Of a stretch of 64,000 nucleotides of DNA, positions 55,654 through 64,000 are shown one piece after another. Numbering within the stretch: the stretch's first letter is position 1; each line of letters begins with the position of its first letter. Made by a program: the position numbers and the translations under genes. This DNA is from Myxococcales bacterium. GTDB lineage: Bacteria > Myxococcota_A > Polyangia > Fen-1088. The notes beneath the pieces were generated by a model. The model did no database searches, had not been told where the DNA came from, and saw only the letters and a program-made list of their open reading frames with translations. Location: NCBI GenBank assembly GCA_022184915.1, contig JAGTJU010000004.1:416057-480056 (forward strand), read 5' to 3'.

Positions 55654-56364
55654 TCACGAAAGCCCTCGACGAAGCCCTGGCATCCGCGTTCGAGCATCAT
55701 CGCCCGTCGCTGATGGGACTGGCCTATCGCCTATTGGGATCGACATGACGTCTCCTACGCCCTGCTCCTGACCCTGGACCGGTTGACACCCACCGAACGA
55801 GCCGCGTTTCTGCTTCACGACGTGTTCGATCTATCATTTTCGGAAGTGGCGGAGGCCATCTCGCAGGAAGAGGCGACCTGTCGCCAACTCGCCGCGCGTG
55901 CACGCCAGCGTCTGCTGGCACTCGGGCCCCGCTTCACTCCGCCACCCGGGGACGCGAAACGCCTGGTCGAGAGCTTTTTGTACGCCGTCGCCACAGGCGA
56001 TCTGGGCAGCGTCAAGAGTCTGCTGTCGGAGGATGCCGTGATGTACTCGGACGGCGGCGGCAAGGTGCAAGCCGCTTTGAAGCCCGTCGAGGGGGCCGAT
56101 CGCATCAGCCGCTTCTTCGTTGGCATTCGTGCCAAGTACCCATCGGTTAGGGTTGCCTTCCGTGCCGTGTGGGTCAACGGCCTGCCAGGCATCGTGCTTT
56201 ACCGTGAAGGCGAGCTGGACCAAGTCCTGGCGTTCCAGTTCGATCCCACCGGGGCGATCGAGGCGATCTACGTCACCCGGAATCCCGAAAAGCTCGCGCA
56301 CACCTCGCTTCGCCCTGGCGGAGCCCCGATCGACGCTCGCGGTCCCGCACCGCTGTCGAAGTAG
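55650..56364 (+). pseudogene. ECF41-type sigma factor (SnoaL-like C-terminal extension), disrupted by an internal deletion/frameshift
   Basis: N-terminal FEHHRPSLMGLAYRLLGS then an immediate stop. A different frame continues with region 4 (LTPTERAAFLLHDVFDLSFSEVAEAI) and the ECF41 C-terminal extension (DGGGK, YVTRNPEKL). Regions 2.2 to 3 are missing. Confidence 0.6.
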
Positions 56365-56508
56365 GGCGCGAAACTACAGGCACCCATAGGCCTGCTCCAC
56401 ACGCTCCCCTCGGCTGAGCCTCGTCGTTCCTCCTGGCCCTGCGCTCTGCCCTGAAGATTCTCATGCGACTTTCCGCGAAACGGTCGTCTCAGTGAGCAGA
56501 GAGACTGC

Positions 56509-59058
56509 GTGCCCATGACGAATGCAAGGGAAGTGAGCGAGTTGGCGACGAGGAGACAGCCCCATGGCAAAGTGATACGGACTGCGGCGAAACCCGCGGC
56601 GTACCTACTGATGGCAGCCGCGATGGCCGCCACGGCCGCTTGCAACGGAGCGACGGGGGGCGTTCTCGATGATCCCCATACCCACGGCGCGATCGACAAC
56701 ATCAACGCCACTCAGCAAGGCCGGCGCTCCGGGGGCCTTGAGCTCCACACGGGCGCGCTGACCAGCCTGGGTGATGGCGCCTTTTTTGTGGCTCCCATCC
56801 CGGGCGTCGTGAGGCCGCTCGGCCAAGATACGTTCCGCATCGAAGCCTCCGGCGGGCCCTCCGTGATCGGTTTCGAGCTCCGGTCCCAGGACTTCGCGCT
56901 CTCGGGCGTGGGCGACGGCCGATTCGTGGACGACGGCACGGGGGCCGATCGCGTTGCGGGAGATCGTGTCTTCACGCTGGGACCGCTCGCGTACGGGGGA
57001 GCAATGAACCAAGCCTCCTTGTACGGGAACCCGCACAGCCCGATGGGGATGAATTTTGCCGAAGTCGGTCCGCTGACGGTTCGCTATGCGGATGGCTCTA
57101 CGAGTGAATCGCTCTTGGATGTTCAAGTTGGACTTCTCGGGAGCGACGTCGAGTTGGTACGCCCGGTGCAGCTTGGCACGCAGCTGCAGACCTCGCCCCA
57201 CTTCATCAACGTAAAGACGGCGGCCGGAAGCGAGATTCAATCCTCCTTGCGGCAATTCGGCGGGCAGGTGGAGCTCGTCACCGAGGCCATCTACGAGCAC
57301 TTCCCCGACGTCTTCGACTATTTTCAACTCGTTTCGACGTACAGGGTAGAGCTCTTGCCACAGCTCTCGGGCTCGAACTTCACCGCCGGCCTTTTCATAC
57401 GGGTCGGCGTCGACTTTGATGGCACCGGCCTTTGGCGGTTCAACTCTGCCGCGGCGTATGGCAGCGCCGGACGGCTCAAGGGACTCAGTCACCTGGACGC
57501 CTGGAGCCGCGGGGTCACTGCGCAAAACTCCCTGCACGAAATCTTGCATCAGTGGGCCGCATACGTGTCCGGTCCACTGATAGAGTCAGGAGGCCACTAT
57601 GTGCCTCGCAGCAGCGTGGGTTCTCTCGTGGGCGGCTTCCGCTGGCTCGACAACGGCGATGGGACGTTTACCCGCGACTCCACGGTGGGACGCAACGGCG
57701 CCTACGAGGCTTCGCCTTTGGACAAGTACCTGGCCGGCTGGATTGGTCCAGAATCGGTGCCGCCGATGAGGGTGTCAAGCAGCGCGCTCCCGGTGAGCGA
57801 AGCGCTGATTCGGCAAGAGGACATCGCCGCGACCGTGACGATCGATGACATCATCGCCGCGCATGGGCCGCGCATACCGGGTCCCGCCCAGGCGCAACGC
57901 CACTTCGGTGTCGGGTTCGTGGCCGAGACCGCCGACCGCTTCATGACAGACGTGGAAATGACCTTTTACGACCGGCTCGCCATGCACTGGGGAATGGCGC
58001 CGACATCGTCTTCCCCCCCTCTGGCGGAGCAGCGCGCATGGGTGCCTGCGGCCGGGTTCTTTGGCGAAGGCACGACGTGGACGACACAACTTCCCCCTCC
58101 GATCGCACGGGGAGACGTGTTCCAAGAAACGAACGGTCTCGTGGTTTTCGAGGCAGAATCGGAAGCCGCCACGGCGACGAAGGGTACAAACGGAGCTGCC
58201 TGGAAGCTTGACACCACCCTCGCAGGATTTTCGGGCCCGGGCTACATGACGACAGATCCTGCCGTCACAGGGCTTGGCACTGCGTCGGCGGAGTCTCTGA
58301 CCTACAAAGTCGCGATATCGAGCCCGGGTGACTACTTCCTGTGGGCCCGTCGCCAAAGTCAGGGCGGCGGCTCCAACTCGATGTGGGTCGAAATCGATGG
58401 GGTGCGCGCGGGCAACGAATTCGACAACGGCTACCGCAGCCCGACCTTCACCTGGCACAAGCATCCGGTTGCCGTGCCGCTCACGGCTGGTGAGCACTAC
58501 GTAACGATTCGCCGACGTGAATCCGGCTACGCCGTCGACCGCCTGCTGCTTTCGAACGCTCCCTCGTACGCGCCGACCGGAACAGGCCCGGCCTCGAGCC
58601 CCACCGTCGAATCGAAACCACTCGAGGTATCCATGGTGAGGGTCGTGACGGGCAAGAGCTATCAAGCGATAGCTGGCGGGGTCGCGCCCAATCAAGCCAT
58701 GTACATCGATCGGGCGTTTGGACTCGGCATCAGCGCGGATGATCCGCTGGTGGGTGCGACGCTCCTGAGGACTGCCAACAGCGACAAGCTCTCGACCAGC
58801 AACGCCCACCTGTCGTTCGTCGTCAACAAGCGGGCTTCGGTCATCATCGCGATGGACGCGCGCCTCTCGCCGCCAATCTGGCTCGACACCTTCGAGGCCA
58901 TGGGGCGTGCCATCAGTGGCGGGAGTGCAGGAACCCTCAACCTCTACCGCCGCACGTATCCAGCGGGTCAGGTCGTGCTGGGCGGCAATGCCGGCGTGAG
59001 TGCCGGTAGCATGTACTTCGTCATGCTCGAGGAAGCACCCGTTCCCGACAGCCCCTAG
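56509..59058 (+). CDS. secreted lipoprotein zinc metallopeptidase (HExxH) with C-terminal carbohydrate-binding-like domains
   Basis: 849 aa. Lipoprotein signal LLMAAAMAATAAC; the true start may be the internal GTG at ~56572. NSLHEILHQW zinc motif. C-terminal VVFEAESEAAT...AAWKLDT and GDYFLWARR resemble CBM/malectin-like beta-sandwich domains. Confidence 0.6.
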   Translation: MPMTNAREVSELATRRQPHGKVIRTAAKPAAYLLMAAAMAATAACNGATGGVLDDPHTHGAIDNINATQQGRRSGGLELHTGALTSLGDGAFFVAPIPGVVRPLGQDTFRIEASGGPSVIGFELRSQDFALSGVGDGRFVDDGTGADRVAGDRVFTLGPLAYGGAMNQASLYGNPHSPMGMNFAEVGPLTVRYADGSTSESLLDVQVGLLGSDVELVRPVQLGTQLQTSPHFINVKTAAGSEIQSSLRQFGGQVELVTEAIYEHFPDVFDYFQLVSTYRVELLPQLSGSNFTAGLFIRVGVDFDGTGLWRFNSAAAYGSAGRLKGLSHLDAWSRGVTAQNSLHEILHQWAAYVSGPLIESGGHYVPRSSVGSLVGGFRWLDNGDGTFTRDSTVGRNGAYEASPLDKYLAGWIGPESVPPMRVSSSALPVSEALIRQEDIAATVTIDDIIAAHGPRIPGPAQAQRHFGVGFVAETADRFMTDVEMTFYDRLAMHWGMAPTSSSPPLAEQRAWVPAAGFFGEGTTWTTQLPPPIARGDVFQETNGLVVFEAESEAATATKGTNGAAWKLDTTLAGFSGPGYMTTDPAVTGLGTASAESLTYKVAISSPGDYFLWARRQSQGGGSNSMWVEIDGVRAGNEFDNGYRSPTFTWHKHPVAVPLTAGEHYVTIRRRESGYAVDRLLLSNAPSYAPTGTGPASSPTVESKPLEVSMVRVVTGKSYQAIAGGVAPNQAMYIDRAFGLGISADDPLVGATLLRTANSDKLSTSNAHLSFVVNKRASVIIAMDARLSPPIWLDTFEAMGRAISGGSAGTLNLYRRTYPAGQVVLGGNAGVSAGSMYFVMLEEAPVPDSP

Positions 59059-59508
59059 AAGGCCCAAAGACACATCTGACGGTCGCCCCAAGGTGCGTGA
59101 GCGTGCTCGTGCGCTTCACCTGAATGTTCACGATGTCGCAAACGCTTCGGCACGACACCGTGATTCAAGTGGTCATGGCTACGTTGACGAAGGCTCTCGT
59201 CTGAGTCAGTTTTCGACCATGTTGCGTGGGCTGCTCGAGAGGTGGTTCGGTCGGCAGACCGTCTCGACAAGGCTGTCAATTCTTGAAGCCATAGCCATCG
59301 CACGGGCGGCTGTCCCAGAGGCCGAGCGTGATCTTCTTGAGACAGCCACTCCCTGCGTGGTGGACCAAAGAACGGTCTGGGTGGTCTCCCAGGCGGCGAT
59401 AGGACACGTCCTGGTCGTCCAGATCGATGACGAGACCGGAAACGTCTCGAGCGCGAGGCGCGTAGGCGTTCGCTGACGCCGTTCCGCGGTCCGAGCCCCC
59501 CAGCGCCG

Positions 59509-60936
59509 TCACCGCCGTTGCCGCGCCCAACGAAGAGGTCGCACGATCCGATGCAGCTGCTCTTGAGATACGGCGGGTGCGCGAGCAGGCGGGTCAGCGC
59601 TCGTTTTGAGGGCAAGCGGCGACGGCCGCCCCGGCAAGTAGAGCAACTCTTCGGGGAACTCGGGTCTTGGGATGCTGTTGTTGGGCCGGCGAAGGGCGTG
59701 TAAACGGCGAAGCGCTTCGGCGCCATCGAACGGTTCGTGCGGCATGATCTTCGAGAGCAAACGCACGACCAGCGGGGCCGCGAAGCTGGTTCCGAATTGT
59801 GGCATCCACCAATCTCCGGGAACCGGAGCGGCAACCGCCTCCCCGGGGGCGAAAACATCCACGCAGGGTCCAAAGTTGGTGAAGTCGCTTTTTTGGCCCG
59901 TGGGCCCGTAGCTTCCCACCAGCGAGAACAGAGGACGGGCACCGCGACAGTCGAAGCCATCGCCGGAGTCCATGAGGTAGGCACCCTCGTTGCCGGCCGC
60001 CCGGATCACCAGCGCCCGGGGCGTTGGCAGGTAGGCGTCCGCATCAGCGGTCAGGTCGCTCAGGGCCGCAAAATACGGGCGAAGCTCGAGCGCTTTTTTG
60101 CAACCCACCGCGGTCAGGAGCTGCTCGAACCCATAACGCGACAGAGGACCAAAACTTTGGTTCACGAGATCGACCCGGTGGTCGATCATGGCCTGTACCA
60201 AAGCGCGCTCGCTCTGGCCCCGGGGTTGGATGGTGGCGGCACGACGAATCTCGGGATCGGTGAGGAGCGCCGTCGCCAGGTCAATCTCTGATTGCTCCGG
60301 GCACCCCAGCGAAGAGGCAATTTCGCCGATGTCGGCGAACCGACGATTCACGAGCACCAACCTCACCGATGCATTGTCGTGCGCGATGATGCCTGCCGTG
60401 CTGGTGCCGTGAAAAGCGCCATCGGCCAGCCGCTCGTCGGCGATCGCGAGGAGGGGATCCTCCGTGATGTCCACGTCGGTCCGCACCTTCCTGTTCCATG
60501 CGCTCCGTTGCGCTTCCTGGTCCGCCAGGGGCGACCCGATCGCGTCGAGTCCCGGGGACAAACGGCAGCTCTCGTCCGGTACCATGAGGGCCTTCAGGAT
60601 GGCCGCCTTGAGATCCTCGCGTCCTTCACCCCCGCCACCATCGACGGAAGCGCCGCCATCGCTGGCGCCGGCGTCTGGACTCGAGGCGGACGCATCTGGG
60701 TTGGCCTGACCGGCAAAGGGATCTGGGAAGCCGGAGGCCTCTGCCTGCTCGACGCAGGAGAGGGTGTAGCCGGCAACCGTCTTCCCTTGAAACGCCGGCA
60801 GTTGCGGGTCGATGCCCTGGTCCACCACCAGCACCGTGAGGGCGCCGGGGCTGCCGGCCACGTTTTCATCGTCGCCACATCCCGCCCAAAGAGCGAGCCA
60901 TGGGAGCATCCGCATCAGCGTTCGGGCGTTGCGCAT
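59509..60936 (-). CDS. subtilisin-like serine peptidase (S8 family) lipoprotein
   Basis: 475 aa. Lipobox LALWAGC. Catalytic triad motifs VLVVDQGID (Asp), HGTSTAGIIA (His), GTSFAAPLV (Ser). Confidence 0.75.
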   Translation of the reverse strand: MRNARTLMRMLPWLALWAGCGDDENVAGSPGALTVLVVDQGIDPQLPAFQGKTVAGYTLSCVEQAEASGFPDPFAGQANPDASASSPDAGASDGGASVDGGGGEGREDLKAAILKALMVPDESCRLSPGLDAIGSPLADQEAQRSAWNRKVRTDVDITEDPLLAIADERLADGAFHGTSTAGIIAHDNASVRLVLVNRRFADIGEIASSLGCPEQSEIDLATALLTDPEIRRAATIQPRGQSERALVQAMIDHRVDLVNQSFGPLSRYGFEQLLTAVGCKKALELRPYFAALSDLTADADAYLPTPRALVIRAAGNEGAYLMDSGDGFDCRGARPLFSLVGSYGPTGQKSDFTNFGPCVDVFAPGEAVAAPVPGDWWMPQFGTSFAAPLVVRLLSKIMPHEPFDGAEALRRLHALRRPNNSIPRPEFPEELLYLPGRPSPLALKTSADPPARAPAVSQEQLHRIVRPLRWARQRR

Positions 60937-60983
60937 CCTTGCTTCGCAAGATAGCGCTTCTGTGCTAAGGCGGTAGTGTCGTT

Positions 60984-62096
60984 ATGCAAAAGTATCTCTG
61001 CGCCCTGCTGCTGGCTCTGGCCTCCGTCACGTGTGGCGGTGGGTCCGATGATGGCCCCTACGGCAAGAAGGTCGCCGTCGAGCCCGCGGTGTGCGCGGGC
61101 GGGTGGCAGTCCGTCCAGGTCTTGCCCCAAAGTGGGGTCGCTTCGATCTACGAGATGGCATGGCTCTCCGATCATCTCCATTACTTCCGGCCGAACACCG
61201 TCTTTCCCTTTGGAACCACGCTCGTGACGATCGCCAGCGATCGTACGATCACGTCCGTTCCTGCGATCGACGGTTACCCTTTCACGAACGATGGCCAAAA
61301 GCTGGCGACCTTCCGTGGGCTCGATGATGGCACCCGCCAGCTTTGGACGAAATCGGTCGACGCGCAGGACTGGACACTGGAAACGACGTTTGCGTTCGCG
61401 GGTGTGACGGCATCGGCATATCCCTTTCAGACTCTCCTGACGGCAGAGGCAATCTATGCCGGCGTCCCTACGGAAGACGCTTACCTGATCTCCCGATTCG
61501 ATCGCGCCACCGGCGCTGAACAGCGATTGGCGGCCGTGCGGTTCCCGGGCTTCGGGCCGGACGGCGTCTCCACCGACTACTTCGGACGAGTGGCATTGTG
61601 GACCGATTGGCTTTTCTTCGACGGGGCTTCCGGGTCAGGTACCACGTTCTCTCTTCCCCTCACGGGCGGCGAGCCCGTGTTCATGTTGCGTGCCTCCGGC
61701 AACTCGTTCGGTCCCTTGGCGATGTCGTCTTCGGGCCAGGTGCTCTTCCAGGTGCGGGACTCGGAAAGGACCAGTTTCCTCGCTGTTGCACCCGTGGGCA
61801 CGCCCGGACCACCGGTGCGATGGGGCACCGACTTGCCCAGAGAACTTTTCACCACCGCGGCCTTCGACGACGGAAAGGGCGGGTGGGTGTTGACCGGAAT
61901 CGAGCGTCTGGCGGACGGCGCCGAGCATACCACCGTATTCACGGTCGACGCGGCGGGGCGTTCACGCCGCATCGCCTGCGACCCGGAGGTGGGCCGAAGC
62001 GCATCGAAAGGTGTGCTTTCGCCGCAGGGCCTTTACCTGGCGCCTCTCCAGCTCGACCCCATCCACAACGAGACCGTCTTTGTGCCGCTGCCCTGA
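60984..62096 (+). CDS. hypothetical lipoprotein (beta-propeller-like)
   Basis: 370 aa. Lipobox LALASVTCGG. Divergent from the S8 peptidase gene across a 47-bp gap. Confidence 0.5.
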   Translation: MQKYLCALLLALASVTCGGGSDDGPYGKKVAVEPAVCAGGWQSVQVLPQSGVASIYEMAWLSDHLHYFRPNTVFPFGTTLVTIASDRTITSVPAIDGYPFTNDGQKLATFRGLDDGTRQLWTKSVDAQDWTLETTFAFAGVTASAYPFQTLLTAEAIYAGVPTEDAYLISRFDRATGAEQRLAAVRFPGFGPDGVSTDYFGRVALWTDWLFFDGASGSGTTFSLPLTGGEPVFMLRASGNSFGPLAMSSSGQVLFQVRDSERTSFLAVAPVGTPGPPVRWGTDLPRELFTTAAFDDGKGGWVLTGIERLADGAEHTTVFTVDAAGRSRRIACDPEVGRSASKGVLSPQGLYLAPLQLDPIHNETVFVPLP

Positions 62097-62580
62097 GTCT
62101 GAAGACATACCTTCCACGTTGCCGTTGGCTTTTGACCTCGACGGTGACGGCGACCACGACGTCGTGCTGGGGCACGCGCGCTCCCTCTCGGGCGTGCCGC
62201 GTGCGTTTCGCCCCACCTGGGCCGCAAAGCTCGAGGAGAGCCCCACCGTCCTGTGGCTCGAGAACCATTGAACGGTTGGTTGCCGTTGCGCTGCCGCAGG
62301 GTCCCGCAGGGGCGGACTGGACGTCGTCACGTGCGAGACGCCAGGTCCGCCAACATGGCGTCGCAACGGATTCGACGCCTGGAAGCAGACCACACGAAAC
62401 GGCCGTGTCGTAAATCTGAGGCCGGAGTCTCGGTTTTCTGAGGAGTTTAGGGGCTGAGAACGCAGGACACCCTCGTCACATCGAGGGGTTAGCGCCACCG
62501 CTCGGTGCGGCGCGAAAGTTGCTACCGTGTGCGCCTGCGCTCCCCGACACCCCGGTGATCCGCAAGCCCCAGTGTTCACC

Positions 62581-63813
62581 ATGATGACGCCCCCGCGCCG
62601 TTTGCCCATCGCGCCCCACGCTTCACCCGGAGCCCGGCATTTGCCGTTGCTGGCCGAAGCGCGGGCGCTCGATCGCGAGACGAGGCCCATCTACGCGGTC
62701 TGGGAGATCACGCTTCGCTGTGATCTGGCCTGCCGGCATTGCGGGTCGCGCGCGGGCCACGAGCGCCCCGATGAGCTCGACACCCAGGGCTGCCTGGACC
62801 TCGTGGCGCAGATGGCGGCGCTGGGCGTGATGGAGGTGACGCTCATTGGCGGTGAAGCGTACCTCCGGCCCGACTGGCTCGAGATCGTGAGCGCCGTCAG
62901 GGCCGCGGGCATGACGTGTGGCATGACCACCGGCGGCCGTAGCTTCGACGAAGCGCGCGCGCAAGCGGCCGCCAAGGCCGGGCTGCAATCGGTGAGTGTG
63001 TCGATTGATGGCCTGGAAGCCACCCATGATCGCTTGCGGGGCGTGAGCGGTTCTCACCGTGCGGCGATCGCCGCGCTTGCCCGGGTGCGCGAGGCGGGCA
63101 TGGCGGCGTCCGTGAACACCCAAATCAACCGCTTGTCCCTGCCCGAGCTTCCCCAGATCCTGGAAAGCGTGATCGCCGCAGGTGCAAAGGCCTGGCAACT
63201 TCAGCTCACGGTGGCGATGGGGCGAGGCGCTGACGATCCGGACCTCCTCCTTCAACCCTACGAGCTGCTCGCGCTGTTTCCCGTGCTCGCCGCCTGCAAG
63301 CGGCGCTGCGACGAAGCCGGTGTTCGCCTTTTCCCCGGCAACAACATCGGATACTTCGGACCTTACGAGACGGTGCTCCGCGGGGCCTACCCCAAGGGGC
63401 ACGCCGCTTCTTGTGGGGCGGGCTGTGGCACCTTGGGCATCGAAGCCAATGGCGCCATCAAGGGCTGCCCGTCGCTGCATTCCGAGCCCTGGACCGGGGG
63501 CAACATTCGCGACCACAGCCTGCGCGACATCTGGGAACGCTCGGCGCGCTTGCGCTACATCCGGGATCGGACCGTGGACGACCTCTGGGGCTTTTGCCGG
63601 ACCTGCTATTACGCCGACGATTGCCGTGCAGGTTGCACCTGGACCAGCACGAGCCTCCTCGGACGTCCCGGGAACAACCCCCTGTGCCATCACCGCGCGC
63701 TCGAGCACCAGAAGTTGGGCCAGCGAGAGCGCCTCGTTCAGATAGAGTCTGCCCCCGGTCAGCCCTTCGACCACGGCCGCTTCGAAATCATTGTGGAGAC
63801 CCTTGACCCATGA
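62581..63813 (+). CDS. radical SAM / SPASM-domain peptide-modifying enzyme
   Basis: Start at MMTPPRR. Radical-SAM CDLACRHCGS. C-terminal twitch/SPASM cysteines CGAGCG...GCPS...CRTCYYADDCRAGC. Confidence 0.7.
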   Translation: MMTPPRRLPIAPHASPGARHLPLLAEARALDRETRPIYAVWEITLRCDLACRHCGSRAGHERPDELDTQGCLDLVAQMAALGVMEVTLIGGEAYLRPDWLEIVSAVRAAGMTCGMTTGGRSFDEARAQAAAKAGLQSVSVSIDGLEATHDRLRGVSGSHRAAIAALARVREAGMAASVNTQINRLSLPELPQILESVIAAGAKAWQLQLTVAMGRGADDPDLLLQPYELLALFPVLAACKRRCDEAGVRLFPGNNIGYFGPYETVLRGAYPKGHAASCGAGCGTLGIEANGAIKGCPSLHSEPWTGGNIRDHSLRDIWERSARLRYIRDRTVDDLWGFCRTCYYADDCRAGCTWTSTSLLGRPGNNPLCHHRALEHQKLGQRERLVQIESAPGQPFDHGRFEIIVETLDP

Positions 63814-64000
63814 ACCACGTCCTCATCGCTTGCTCTTCCTGCCAACGTCACATGCGCAACACCGAAGCGCACTGTCCTTTTTGCGGCCAGATAGCGACGG
63901 TCGGCGCCCCTCGCAGCCCCGCGCCCACGAGGCGCATGAGCCGTGCCGCCCTGGTGGCGCTGGGGGCCACGCTGGCGATGGGCTCGGCCAGCTGCGACGA
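63810..64000 (+). CDS. small Cys-rich protein (zinc-ribbon-like CxxC...CxxC followed by a hydrophobic segment), 3'-partial at window edge
   Basis: ATG overlaps the radical-SAM stop (ATGA). MNHVLIACSSCQRHMRNTEAHCPFCGQ... then RRMSRAALVALGATLAMGSASC. Open to the end of the window. Confidence 0.4.
   Translation, partial: MNHVLIACSSCQRHMRNTEAHCPFCGQIATVGAPRSPAPTRRMSRAALVALGATLAMGSASCD

Noticed and set aside
59055-59984. 309-aa minus-strand ORF overlapping the S8 peptidase 3' end
   Set aside because: Arg/Pro/Ser-rich, with no start context. The S8 peptidase frame explains the region.

Overview
High-GC (~68-70%) chromosomal segment that looks like Myxococcota, judged from the cysteine-rich DNDCDG repeats, a MYXO-CTERM tail and the futalosine menaquinone route. 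Conserved core blocks are on mostly one strand. They are: a tandem ExbB-ExbB-ExbD-ExbD motor operon (1-2146); tRNA-Arg and tRNA-Lys (3382-3568); a futalosine-pathway menaquinone cluster (12165-20550: polyprenyl synthase, UbiE/MenG, UbiX, two MqnC/E-type radical-SAM enzymes with one fused to MqnA, an amidohydrolase, a UbiA-type prenyltransferase); ferredoxin plus Rrf2 regulator; an RpoD-family sigma factor; rlmN; two very large Cys-rich secreted proteins; and the ndk-sucD-sucC-mdh operon (30374-33809). Two accessory regions stand out. The first is a ~6 kb integrative element in the 3' end of tRNA-Lys (3571-9520). It has a 46-bp att duplication, a tyrosine integrase, an excisionase and arm-type repeats. 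The second is a ~23 kb mosaic, defence-island-like region (about 33.9-56.4 kb). It contains a DEDDh 3'-5' exonuclease overlapping a Pol-beta nucleotidyltransferase, an IS630 insertion with a TA duplication, a NERD-nuclease/DUF2075-ATPase protein, AbiEi/AbiEii remnants, an IS66-family element with an 8-bp duplication and a nested IS3 element, low-GC foreign cassettes, a degenerate second copy of the DUF2075/AbiE segment, a PG-binding-domain protein with a small membrane partner, and a fragmented ECF41 sigma gene next to a CMD-family gene. The window ends with secreted peptidases (HExxH lipoprotein, S8 subtilase) and a radical-SAM/SPASM enzyme coupled to a Cys-rich small ORF. Coordinates taken from the ORF track are firm. 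Coordinates I derived by counting within sequence lines (tRNAs, repeats, IS ends) may be off by 1-2 nt.
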